Shown piece by piece: positions 9,291-17,714 of a stretch of 32,000 nucleotides of DNA. The position numbers and the translations under genes were made by a program. The DNA lies in assembly GCF_005047655.1 (NCBI RefSeq), contig NZ_SUKF01000001.1:119394-151393 (forward strand), given 5' to 3'. Every line of letters begins with the position of its first letter. The stretch's first letter is position 1. The notes beneath the pieces were generated by a model. That model did no database searches. It saw only the letters and a list, made by a program, of their open reading frames with translations, and was not told where the DNA came from. Origin of the DNA: Sinimarinibacterium sp. CAU 1509 (GTDB lineage Bacteria > Pseudomonadota > Gammaproteobacteria > Nevskiales > Nevskiaceae).

Positions 9291-10805
9291 ATGAATGCAG
9301 TACTCAAGCCTGCCGAAGACACCACAGCTGACCAGATCCGTGCGGTGTTCGACCGTGTTGCCGCGCGTGCGACGGCACTAGTCGACACCACGGCCGAACA
9401 GCGGGCGGACAAGATTCGCAGCCTGCTGAAGGCGACGCTGGACGCGCGTGACGCGATCATCGCAGCGGGACACAAGGAACTGCGCCTGTGCGAGACCGAT
9501 CTCGACGCGCAGTTGCTGATGATCAAGTCCGAGGCCGAGTTCATCGTCAAGCACTTGGCGCGATGGATGCAGCCGCAGAAGGTCCAGGGCTCGCTGATGA
9601 CTCTGGGCAAGAAGAGCTACATCCAGTATCAGCCCAAGGGTGTGGTGATTCACGTTTCAACCTGGAATGCACCCATTGCCGAAGCGCTGGTGCCGGCGTT
9701 CGGTGCCATTGCGGCCGGCAACGGCTTCATCCTGAAGCCATCGGAACTCGCGCCGTATTCGGCGCAGGTGCTCGCGGACATCATCGCCAAGGCGATGCCT
9801 GACGACGAGTTCGCCGTGGTCAACGGTGCGGCCGAGGCAGCGCAGGCGCTGCTGGCCTGTCCGTTCAACCACGCGTTTTATATCGGAGGGCACGCGGTCG
9901 GGCGCATCATCATGCGTGCGGCGGCCGAACACTTTGCTTCGGTCACCCTGGAGATGGGCGGCAAGAATCCGACCATCGTCGATGCCAGCGCCGACATCGA
10001 GGATGCGGCACGCAAGACCGCGTGGGGCCGTGTCGCCAACGCCGGCCAGGTCTGTCTGGCGCCGGACTATGCGCTGGTGCACGCTTCAGTCGAGCGCAAA
10101 TTCATCGACGCGCTCGGCGCAGCGATGAAGCAGATGTACGACGCCGACGGTCAGGGATTCCAGAAGTCGGGATTCGTGCCGCGAATCGTCAATGCACGTC
10201 ACTTCGCGCGGATCAAGGCGCTGCTCGACGACGCCATCGCCAAGGGCGCCAGGGTTGAGTGCGGCGGGCAGACCGACGCCGATGACCTGTTCATCGCGCC
10301 GACGGTACTGTCGAATCTGACGCCTGACATGAAGATCATGCAGGACGAGATCTTCGGGCCGATCATCTGCGTGCTGCCGTTCGAGCGGCGCGAGGACGTG
10401 ATTCGCGAGATCCGCACGCGAGCCAAGCCGCTGGGCTCGTACATCTTCGCCAAGGATCGCGAGGCGATCGACTGGTTCCTGCAGCACACGACCTCGGGCA
10501 GCTGTGTGGTCAACCACAACCTGATCCAGTCCGGGACCAATCCGAATCTGCCGTTCGGCGGCGTTAACGCCAGCGGTATTGGCCGCATCGGCGGCTACTA
10601 TTCGTTCCTGGAATGCTCGAATCCGCGAGCAGTGGTTGAGGAAGGCCCTCCGGTCGGCGATCCGAATCTGATGTATCCGCCGTACTCGGACAAGTACAAG
10701 CAGATGATCGGGCAGCTGTTGAGCAAGGAGATCAAGATGCCGGATGCCGCGATCAATCTCATCAACGGCATCATCAAGGTCACCAGCGCGTTCAAACGCG
10801 GCTGA
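9291..10805 (+). CDS. Aldehyde dehydrogenase, class-3-like (fatty or coniferyl aldehyde dehydrogenase type)
   Basis: Motifs are LEMGGKNP, the catalytic Cys in NAGQVCLAPDY, EIFGPI and PFGGVNASGIGR. It starts 10 nt after the SDR stop. Confidence 0.9.
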   Translation: MNAVLKPAEDTTADQIRAVFDRVAARATALVDTTAEQRADKIRSLLKATLDARDAIIAAGHKELRLCETDLDAQLLMIKSEAEFIVKHLARWMQPQKVQGSLMTLGKKSYIQYQPKGVVIHVSTWNAPIAEALVPAFGAIAAGNGFILKPSELAPYSAQVLADIIAKAMPDDEFAVVNGAAEAAQALLACPFNHAFYIGGHAVGRIIMRAAAEHFASVTLEMGGKNPTIVDASADIEDAARKTAWGRVANAGQVCLAPDYALVHASVERKFIDALGAAMKQMYDADGQGFQKSGFVPRIVNARHFARIKALLDDAIAKGARVECGGQTDADDLFIAPTVLSNLTPDMKIMQDEIFGPIICVLPFERREDVIREIRTRAKPLGSYIFAKDREAIDWFLQHTTSGSCVVNHNLIQSGTNPNLPFGGVNASGIGRIGGYYSFLECSNPRAVVEEGPPVGDPNLMYPPYSDKYKQMIGQLLSKEIKMPDAAINLINGIIKVTSAFKRG

Positions 10806-10825
10806 GGATTCCACAAAGCTGTAAA

Positions 10826-10857
10826 CAAAGAAGGCCACCTCGCGGTGGCCTTCTTTG
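10826..10857. terminator. Bidirectional intrinsic terminator between the two convergent aldehyde dehydrogenase genes
   Basis: A perfect 14-bp stem, CAAAGAAGGCCACC / GGTGGCCTTCTTTG, with a 4-nt loop TCGC. The A/T-rich stem bases give a U-tract on either strand. Confidence 0.7.
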
Positions 10858-10869
10858 CATCTGCTGTCG

Positions 10870-12333
10870 TTACTGCGTCTTCAGCATGATGTTCATCAGC
10901 TTCTTCTTGAAGTCGGTGTACGGCGGGAACAGCACACGCGCCATCATGAATCGCGTGCGGACGACTGCGCGTTCATGCGAGAACGCTCGGAAGCCGTAGA
11001 TGCCGTGCGCACTGCCGATGCCGGAATTGTTGACGCCGCCAAACGGCAGATTGCCGTGTGCATACTGCACCACGCAGTGATTGATGCAGGTGCCGCCGGC
11101 GCTGGTGCGCTTGAGCGTCTTCTCGATGTTGCTCTCGGTGCGGCTCCAGATGTACAGCGCCAACGGCTTGGGATCGGCGTTGATCGCCTCGATCGCGCGA
11201 TCAAGGTCGGTGTAGGCGATGATCGGCAACAGCGGCCCGAAGATCTCTTCGGTCTTGATCTTGGCGTCTTCCGGAATGTTGTCGATCAGGGTTGGCTGGA
11301 TGAAGCAGTCCTTCTCGGAGGCTTGGCCACCGAACAGCACCCGGGCGCCACGCTCGCGGGCATCCGTCAGCAACGTGTTGATGCGCGTGGTGTGGCGCTG
11401 ATTGACCACGCGCGCCAGGTACGGCGAGTTCATCTGTTGCTCTGCGGTTTCGCCGTAGCATTCCTTGAGTACGTTGATGCACTCGGCAACGAACGCGTCC
11501 TTGACCGTCGCGTGCACATAGATGTAATCCGGTGCGATGCAGGTCTGACCATTGTTGGTGTACTTGCCCCACATGATCGTGCGTGCCGCGAGCTTGAGGT
11601 CGGCGCTGGCGTCGATGATCGTCGGCGACTTGCCGCCCAGTTCCAGCGTGACACTGGTCAGGTGCTTCGCCGCTGCTGCCATCACGATCTTGCCGACCGC
11701 CGGCGATCCGGTGAAGAAGACGTGATCAAACGGCAGCGCCAGCAGTGCGGTTGAGGTTGCAACGGCGCCCTCGACGATCGCCACTTCATCTTCGGGGAAG
11801 ATTTCGCGGATCACCTTGGCCATCAGTGTGGTCAGATGCGGCGTCATCTCGGACGGTTTGACGATGGCGGTGTTGCCGGCCGCAATGCATGACACCAGCG
11901 GTCCGAAGCTGAGGTTAACGTTGTAGTTCCATGGCGACATGATCAGGCAGCGGCCCTTGGGCTCAAACTGCACCCAGGACTTCAGGCCCACTGTCAGGCT
12001 GGTCGGCCACACCGTATGCGGCTTCATCCATTTCTTCAGCGCGCGCATCGCGTGCTTGGCTTCGCTGATGACCGGCAGGATCTCGGCGAGATCGACTTCA
12101 GCCGGCGGCTTCTTGAAATCCAGATATGCGGCTTCGTGAAAGGCCTCGCGATGGGCCATCACGGCGTCGTGCAACTTGCGGATCTTGGCGATGCGTTCCT
12201 GAGCGGTCGAGGTGCGCAGGCGGATCGCGGTTTCGCGTTGACGTTCAAAAATTCGCTGAATTTCGGCTTCCGGGGTTTCGCCCGGGGCAGTGCCACTGGC
12301 GGCGCTGGGCAGGTAGGACACGACCGTGCTCAT
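10870..12333 (-). CDS. Aldehyde dehydrogenase, class-3-like (second paralogue)
   Basis: Motifs are LELGGKSP, NNGQTCIAPDY, EIFGPLLP and PFGGVNNSGIGS. It has the same overall architecture as the 9291-10805 product. Confidence 0.9.
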   Translation of the reverse strand: MSTVVSYLPSAASGTAPGETPEAEIQRIFERQRETAIRLRTSTAQERIAKIRKLHDAVMAHREAFHEAAYLDFKKPPAEVDLAEILPVISEAKHAMRALKKWMKPHTVWPTSLTVGLKSWVQFEPKGRCLIMSPWNYNVNLSFGPLVSCIAAGNTAIVKPSEMTPHLTTLMAKVIREIFPEDEVAIVEGAVATSTALLALPFDHVFFTGSPAVGKIVMAAAAKHLTSVTLELGGKSPTIIDASADLKLAARTIMWGKYTNNGQTCIAPDYIYVHATVKDAFVAECINVLKECYGETAEQQMNSPYLARVVNQRHTTRINTLLTDARERGARVLFGGQASEKDCFIQPTLIDNIPEDAKIKTEEIFGPLLPIIAYTDLDRAIEAINADPKPLALYIWSRTESNIEKTLKRTSAGGTCINHCVVQYAHGNLPFGGVNNSGIGSAHGIYGFRAFSHERAVVRTRFMMARVLFPPYTDFKKKLMNIMLKTQ

Positions 12334-12472
12334 GAATTCTCTCTCCGAAATTTGGGTGCCGCGCCGGGCGCGGGCTAATCAACCGAATGTTCAAGTATAG
12401 GCCGGGGCGGAGCCGGGCAACACCCCGGCCGGTTCCGGCCGTGGGTACGCGGGATTGTTCCTGGGCGTTGCT

Positions 12473-12502
12473 TTGTGGTCTGATCTGCGATGTTCATATA
12501 AA
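12473..12502 (+). promoter_or_regulatory. Possible sigma70-type promoter for the WS/DGAT gene
   Basis: This is the only AT-rich patch in the intergenic region. It reads TTGTGG (12473-12478), an 18-nt spacer, then TATAAA (12497-12502). The SD GGAGGAGAGG and ATG 12527 follow. The match is weak and read by eye. Confidence 0.3.
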
Positions 12503-12526
12503 TAAAGACAATTCCGGAGGAGAGGC

Positions 12527-13981
12527 ATGAAGCGCATGAGCCCGTTGGACGCCGCATGGCTGTACGTCGATACCGTCGACACCCCCATGCATGTGGGCAG
12601 CCTGACGATCTTCTCGTTGCCGCCCAAGGCTCCGGAGCACTTTCTGCGCGACATGGTGGCGCAGCTGCGCGAGGTGCAGACTTGCGCCGCCCCGTTCAAT
12701 CTGAAGCTGCGTTCGGCACGGTTGAAGGGTGTGGTGCCAAGCTGGGTCGAGGATGACGAGATCGACCTCGATTACCACTTCAGGCATTCGGCGCTGCCGC
12801 AGCCGGGCGGTGAGCGCGAGCTCGGTGTGCTGGTGTCGCGCCTGCACTCGCACCCGATGGACTTCAATCGCCCGCTGTGGGAAATGCATGTCATCGAAGG
12901 CCTCGAGCATGGTCGCTTCGCGCTGTACATGAAGATGCACCACTCACTGGTGGATGGCGTCGGCGGCATGCGCATCCTGCAACGCATCCTGTCGGATGAC
13001 CCGAACGACCCCCATCTGCTGCCGCCATGGGCCGTCGGGTCTGGCGGCCGGCCGCGGGGGGCAGGCGGCAGTCCGAGCCTGGGGCAGTTGCAGCGCCTGA
13101 TCAGCACGGTGCGCCAGCAGGCCGCGACGGTTCCGGGGGTTTCGCGCGCATTTGTCGAAGTGCTGCGTGAGGCCGTGAGGCAGAACCTGCAGTCGTGGGC
13201 GTTGCCGTTTGCCGGACCCAAGTCGGTGCTCAATGACAAGGTTTCAGGGCAGCGCCGCTTCGCGACGCAGCATTACGCACTGGATCGCATCCGCGCAGTG
13301 GCCAAGGGCGCCGGTGTCACGGTCAATGACGTATTTCTGGGGCTCTGTTCAGCCGCGATGCGTCACTATTTGCTGGATCTCGATGCGTTGCCGGAAAAAT
13401 CGCTCACTGCCGGCGTGCCGGTGTCGGTCCGGCCCGCGGATGACGGCGAGTCGGCCAATGCGATCAGCTTCATCATCGCGCGCCTGAATACGGACATCGC
13501 CGACCCGATCGAGCGTCTGCATGCGATTCACGAGTCAGCGCTGATCGCCAAGGAGCATCTGCAGAAGCTGCCGAAGGCCGACATCAGCAACTACACCATG
13601 ATCTTCATGGCCCCGTTCATCCTGCAGCTGATTGCGGGTCTCGGCGGTCGCGCACGACCGATGTTCAATGTCACGATCTCCAATGTGCCGGGGCCGGATC
13701 GTCCCCTGTATTACAACGGCGCGCGTCTGGAGCAGATGTATCCGGTGTCGCTGCTGTCGCATGGGCAGGCGCTGAACATTACCGTCGTCAGCTACAACGG
13801 ACAGTTCAACGTCGGATTCACCGGTTGTCGCGACACCTTGCCGAGCATGCAGCGTTTAGCGGTCTACATGGGCGATGCACTGGACGAGCTGGAGGCCGTG
13901 CTGGGGCTGAATTCAGCGCCTGAGCAGCAGCGCACCAAGGCCCCGGCAAAAAAGCGCTCCAAGCGCAGCGCTACGGTCTGA
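12527..13981 (+). CDS. Wax ester synthase / acyl-CoA:diacylglycerol acyltransferase (WS/DGAT family)
   Basis: The N-terminus is MSPLDAAWLYVDTVDTPMHVGSL. The catalytic motif is HHSLVDGVGG (HHxxxDG). Also present are NDVFLGLCSAAMRHYL and ISNVPGP, all typical of the AtfA-type family. Confidence 0.9.
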   Translation: MKRMSPLDAAWLYVDTVDTPMHVGSLTIFSLPPKAPEHFLRDMVAQLREVQTCAAPFNLKLRSARLKGVVPSWVEDDEIDLDYHFRHSALPQPGGERELGVLVSRLHSHPMDFNRPLWEMHVIEGLEHGRFALYMKMHHSLVDGVGGMRILQRILSDDPNDPHLLPPWAVGSGGRPRGAGGSPSLGQLQRLISTVRQQAATVPGVSRAFVEVLREAVRQNLQSWALPFAGPKSVLNDKVSGQRRFATQHYALDRIRAVAKGAGVTVNDVFLGLCSAAMRHYLLDLDALPEKSLTAGVPVSVRPADDGESANAISFIIARLNTDIADPIERLHAIHESALIAKEHLQKLPKADISNYTMIFMAPFILQLIAGLGGRARPMFNVTISNVPGPDRPLYYNGARLEQMYPVSLLSHGQALNITVVSYNGQFNVGFTGCRDTLPSMQRLAVYMGDALDELEAVLGLNSAPEQQRTKAPAKKRSKRSATV

Positions 13982-14122
13982 GCGATGCGGGCGTGGTGGT
14001 TGTGGCATCTGGGCGGCGCGTGCGGACGCGCCAGCCAGATGCATACAATAGAGCTCGCGGCGGTCAGCGCGACCGCCCGAGTGCACCGACCCCTCGCCAG
14101 CCTTTGAGCTCGATCCAGCGTT

Positions 14123-14950
14123 ATGGCACCCCCCAAGAAATCAACCGCTCGCCCACGGGCCGCTGCACGGCCGGCGCCGTACAAGATCAAGGATGTATCT
14201 GAGATCACCGGTGTTTCGCGTGAGACGATTCGGTTCTATATCAATGAAGGCCTGTTGCCGCCGCCGGAGAAGTCGGCCCGTAACATGGGCTGGTACACGC
14301 AGCACCATATCGATCTGCTTCAGCTGATTCAGAAACTGCAGCGTGAACAGTTTCTGCCGCTCAAGGCGATCAAATCACTGGTTCACGGCTCCTCGGATTT
14401 TGAATTCACCACGCAGCAGGAAGGCGTGCTGGCGCAAATCCGGAATCAGCTGTCGTTTGGCAGTCGGGGTTTGCTGCCTTCGGGAAAGCCCGGTGCCATT
14501 GCGCGTGATCTGGGGCTGACGCGCAAGGAGCTCAAGGAGTTCGATGACATCGGGCTCACCTTGGCGAAGGACGCGACCGTCAGCGATATCGAGGTTGCTG
14601 AACTCTGGATCAAGCTCAAGAAAAACGGTCTCTCCGAGGCGCGCGGCTTCACGCCCAAGGATCTTGGTTATCTTGTCGAACTGGTCGACTTTGCGGTGCA
14701 GGCGGAACTGCGACTGTTTGAGCAAAAGATCCAGACGATGTCACCGGACGAAGGAACGCGCCTGTCGGAAGTCGTGATTCCGACGCTCAGTCGTGTCTTC
14801 GCGATACTGCATGAGCGGCGGCTGGGTATGTTCATCGAGCGTTACCTGGCCCAGCGCTCCGAGAGCAGGGTTCCAGCCAGGCGGGTCGCAAGTGCGGCAG
14901 CCCGCGGGAGCGCCGATGGCAGGGCATCGACGCGCCGTTCCAAGGTCTGA
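14123..14950 (+). CDS. MerR-family transcriptional regulator with a long C-terminal domain
   Basis: The HTH is YKIKDVSEITGVSRETIRFYINEGLLPPPEKSARNMGWYTQHHIDLLQLIQKLQ. Both N- and C-terminal tails are basic and Ala/Arg-rich. Confidence 0.8.
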   Translation: MAPPKKSTARPRAAARPAPYKIKDVSEITGVSRETIRFYINEGLLPPPEKSARNMGWYTQHHIDLLQLIQKLQREQFLPLKAIKSLVHGSSDFEFTTQQEGVLAQIRNQLSFGSRGLLPSGKPGAIARDLGLTRKELKEFDDIGLTLAKDATVSDIEVAELWIKLKKNGLSEARGFTPKDLGYLVELVDFAVQAELRLFEQKIQTMSPDEGTRLSEVVIPTLSRVFAILHERRLGMFIERYLAQRSESRVPARRVASAAARGSADGRASTRRSKV

Positions 14951-14995
14951 TACGGCGCGCACCCCGGAAGCACTCCCGTTCGCGCCACACATTTC

Positions 14996-15829
14996 ATGCG
15001 TGCGAATGCCATCAGATGGCTGTTGATGGTGGCTGCAGCCGTGAGCATGCCGGCATACATTGCCAGTCAACTTCACTGGGGGCAGGCGCTGCGTCCGGCG
15101 CCGTACCACTATGGCGAGTCCGATGCGGATTGTCCGGCGGTCAGGCCGGCATTGGCCGGAACTGCTCCGGCGGAACTTCTGCCCGGATACACCGTGCGGA
15201 CACCGAGCAACTACGATCCGCGCCAGGCGCATCCGCTCCTGGTTGTTTTTAGTCCGGCAGGCATCGGGCGCGGAATGAGAGAGCGTATCAGTGGGCTGAC
15301 GAATGTCGCTACGGCGCAAGGATTGATCGTCGCGTATGTCGATAGCCTGAAACTGAGCCGCAAGGCGGTGGGGCGCTTCGCGCAGGTGGTGTCAGCGATC
15401 GCGGCACAGTGGTGTGTGGATCCGAGCCGCATCACGGTAGCGGGCCATTCTGATGGCGGCACCGTTGCCGAACTGCTCGCTTTGCTCGATGCCGGGGCGG
15501 GAAGCGTTCCAGCGGCGATTGTGGCCAGCGGTGCGGGTCTGATCGAGTCGGACTTTGCCGAATTTCGCTGCGTCCAGCCGGTCGACGTCACCCTTTTTCA
15601 CGGCCGTGACGACCACCACTTTCCGGGGTACGGGGCCTCGGCGGCGCGGGGCTGGGCAGACTGTCTGGGGTGCGCAGCGACGCCGGCTCTCGATTCGGAC
15701 GGCTGCCTTGCCTATTCGGGCTGCCGAGGGCAGCTGCGCTATTGCGAGCTTCCAGTGGGCCATTGGCGATGGCCGCCAATCAACGATGCGATCGTGGCCA
15801 AAGCCGCTGCACGTGCGGCGATTGACTGA
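14996..15829 (+). CDS. Secreted alpha/beta-hydrolase-fold esterase (PHB-depolymerase/LpqC-like esterase family, tentative)
   Basis: The signal-like N-terminus is MRANAIRWLLMVAAAVSMPAYIA. PLLVVFSPAG is followed by the nucleophile elbow ITVAGHSDGG (GxSxG). The subfamily assignment is from memory only. Confidence 0.6.
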   Translation: MRANAIRWLLMVAAAVSMPAYIASQLHWGQALRPAPYHYGESDADCPAVRPALAGTAPAELLPGYTVRTPSNYDPRQAHPLLVVFSPAGIGRGMRERISGLTNVATAQGLIVAYVDSLKLSRKAVGRFAQVVSAIAAQWCVDPSRITVAGHSDGGTVAELLALLDAGAGSVPAAIVASGAGLIESDFAEFRCVQPVDVTLFHGRDDHHFPGYGASAARGWADCLGCAATPALDSDGCLAYSGCRGQLRYCELPVGHWRWPPINDAIVAKAAARAAID

Positions 15830-15920
15830 AGGCGGGGCGGTACTGGCCCGCAGCACTTGATCGGGTCAGGGCTTCGGGTCCGCATGCGTTGACGAGTGGC
15901 CGTGTCTGGCCTTGTGCGTA

Positions 15921-15934
15921 GTGAAACTATTCAC
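15921..15934. promoter_or_regulatory. Small palindrome GTGAA-ACTA-TTCAC in the leader or promoter region upstream of xmoC
   Basis: 5-bp perfect inverted arms with a 4-bp spacer, about 125 nt upstream of the preferred xmoC start. It could arise by chance. Confidence 0.2.
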
Positions 15935-16057
15935 TATGGACATGCTTAAAAACCTGTGCAAAACTTCGGGTACATGGCTCCGTTCAGAAGAGCCAGGATG
16001 CCGTGGGGCTGTGTGATGGCTGACTCGAACCTGCGATATTTGGAAGGAGATCTACAA

Positions 16058-16876
16058 GTGACCACTTCAGTCGAAGCATCGGACGACGCTCACGACAGAG
16101 CGCTGCGTGCACCCTGGAAAGCGTTTTTTGGCATGTTGGCGTTTGCTGCGGCTGTCTTCGCCGCCTACCGCATCTATCAGCATGAAACTGCGTTTACGTT
16201 CGGATTGGACTACTTCAATCCGGAGTTCGCGACGTATTGGATGAGTGTGCTGTACTCCGAGCTCGCAATCGAAGTGCTCCTCGGTATCGCAATCGTCGGT
16301 TACCTCTGGATCACGCGCGATCGCAATCTCGACAAGATCACGCCCTCGGAAGAACTGCGACGCTATCTGGTGCTGATGAGTCAGCTCCTGATGTTCGGAG
16401 CAATTGCCTATGTGGTGACTTCGATCTACACCGAGTCCGATGCGGCCTGGCATCAGGTTACGGTGCGCGATACCGACTTCACTCCGACCCACATTGGGCT
16501 GTTCTACTTTGGCGTTCCTGTTTTCATCCTCAGTGTGCTGACTGCATTCGTCTACGCACGCACGCGCATCCCGGCGTTTGCGAAGCGGGTGTCGCTGCCG
16601 TTCGCGCTGCTGGTTGCCGGTCCGGTGATGATCATGCCGAACCTGGGCTTCAACGAGTGGGGGCACACGTTCTTCTACGCTGAGGAACTGTTTGCAGCGC
16701 CGATTCATTGGGGCTTCGTGCTGCTGGGTTGGGCCACCTTTGCGGCGGGCGGTTTGCTGGTGCAGATCCTGACCCGCGTCGTGCAGCTGACCCAGGTTGT
16801 TAGCTCGGCTGACGTTCAGCAGACCAACATCAAAAGTGAAGCTGCAGCCAATGCGGAGCTGAACGCGGCGGCCTGA
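16058..16876 (+). CDS. xmoC: Copper membrane monooxygenase subunit C (PmoC/AmoC family)
   Basis: FGLDYFNPEFATYWMSVLYSE and LWITRDRNL are family-typical. TESDAAWHQVTVRDTDFTPTH gives the D-x3-H-x12-H pattern. NEWGHTFFYAEELFAAPIHWGF gives the N-x3-H-x13-H pattern. Start preferred at GTG 16058, behind the strong SD GGAAGGAGA. In-frame alternatives are ATG 16016 and the track start at 15956. Confidence 0.9.
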   Translation: MTTSVEASDDAHDRALRAPWKAFFGMLAFAAAVFAAYRIYQHETAFTFGLDYFNPEFATYWMSVLYSELAIEVLLGIAIVGYLWITRDRNLDKITPSEELRRYLVLMSQLLMFGAIAYVVTSIYTESDAAWHQVTVRDTDFTPTHIGLFYFGVPVFILSVLTAFVYARTRIPAFAKRVSLPFALLVAGPVMIMPNLGFNEWGHTFFYAEELFAAPIHWGFVLLGWATFAAGGLLVQILTRVVQLTQVVSSADVQQTNIKSEAAANAELNAAA

Positions 16877-16904
16877 TCCAGGCCACGATCGCAGCGTTTG
16901 ACTC

Positions 16905-16930
16905 GGGGAGCCGCCTGCGTGCGGCTCCCC
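16905..16930 (+). other. GC-rich stem-loop in the xmoC-xmoA spacer (possible attenuator or mRNA-stability element)
   Basis: GGGGAGCCGC-CTGCGT-GCGGCTCCCC forms a perfect 10-bp stem. It is followed by CGCTTTATTC, then the SD GGGAG and ATG 16951. Confidence 0.5.
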
Positions 16931-16950
16931 CGCTTTATTCGGGAGCATCA

Positions 16951-17703
16951 ATGTCTCAGGAACTAACCGTATCGGCGGTGCGCAGCACCGCCGAGCAGCA
17001 CCGCGTGCATGTTCAAGTCGACTTGCTGGCGATTCCGCTGGTCGTCCTATTGTTTGCGGCCGTATTCAGTTTCCAGTTTGCGCTGCTGGTCGGTGACTGG
17101 GATTACTGGATCGACTGGCGCGATCGTCGCTGGTGGCCGCTGGTTACGCCGTTGGCATTGACCATCCTGCCGGCAGTCTTCAGCTACTTCCTGTGGGAGC
17201 GTCTGCGTCTACCGTTGGCGGCGACACTGACGATCCTCGCGCTGACCGCTGCAGCGTGGGTCAGTCGGTACCTGAACTTTCATCTCTTTGCGAACTTTCC
17301 GATGAACATGGTGTGGCCATCGGCATACATCGGTTTGGGTCTGATCGTGGACTGCATTCTGCTGCTGACCGGCAGCTTCTTCTGGACCGGGTTATTGGGC
17401 GGCTTTGCCTTCGCGGTGCTGCTCTACCCGATGAACTGGCCGCTGCTCGCGCCGTTTCAGGTGCCGCTCGAATTGCATGGGACGATGCTGACGGTGTCCG
17501 ATCTGATGGGCTTCGAGTACGTCCGCACAGCGATTCCGGAATACGTCCGCATCATCGAGCAATCCACGCTGCGTACCTTCGGCGAGGCAGTGACACCGTT
17601 GACCGCCGTGTTTGCCGGCTTCCTCAACATCATGAACTTCTGGTTCTGGACCTGGATCGGCTATCTCGGCAGCAAGGCCCTGTGGATCCGAAAGATCGTC
17701 TGA
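16951..17703 (+). CDS. xmoA: Copper membrane monooxygenase subunit A (PmoA/AmoA family)
   Basis: Family blocks are LLVGDWDYWIDWRDRRWWPLVTP and GFEYVRTAIPEYVRIIEQSTLRTFG. The protein is multi-TM and 250 aa long. The SD GGGAG lies 5 nt upstream of the start. Confidence 0.9.
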   Translation: MSQELTVSAVRSTAEQHRVHVQVDLLAIPLVVLLFAAVFSFQFALLVGDWDYWIDWRDRRWWPLVTPLALTILPAVFSYFLWERLRLPLAATLTILALTAAAWVSRYLNFHLFANFPMNMVWPSAYIGLGLIVDCILLLTGSFFWTGLLGGFAFAVLLYPMNWPLLAPFQVPLELHGTMLTVSDLMGFEYVRTAIPEYVRIIEQSTLRTFGEAVTPLTAVFAGFLNIMNFWFWTWIGYLGSKALWIRKIV

Positions 17704-17714
17704 GGAGAACAACA

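Noticed and set aside
12400-12430. A GC-rich inverted repeat GGCCGGGG-N15-CCCCGGCC, with the nearby CCGCGCC-G-GGCGCGG palindrome at about 12359-12373, considered as a REP-like element or regulatory hairpin between the ALDH and WS/DGAT genes.
   Set aside because: Such short GC palindromes are expected by chance at this GC content. No second copy was seen elsewhere in the window, so a repeat family cannot be claimed.
14059-14077. The hairpin GGCGGTC-AGCGC-GACCGCC downstream of the WS/DGAT gene, considered as a terminator.
   Set aside because: The stem is only 7 bp and no T-tract follows. It lies 78 nt past the stop codon. This is insufficient for an intrinsic-terminator call.
15889-15940. A sigma70 promoter for xmoC built on TTGACG at 15889-15894.
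   Set aside because: No acceptable -10 hexamer lies 16-18 nt downstream (TTGTGC/TGTGCG). Other hexamer pairings have the wrong spacing. It is kept only as a note inside the leader finding.
17133-17714. An N-terminal extension of the track ORF 17133-18956. It would make a 607-aa PmoB overlapping xmoA. Analogous upstream extensions occur at 1213, 2483, 6790, 8381, 18821, 21151, 25021 and 29279.
   Set aside because: The extensions overlap well-supported neighbouring genes and translate to low-complexity Arg/Ala-rich sequence. Internal starts preceded by SD sequences or signal peptides give proteins of family-typical length.
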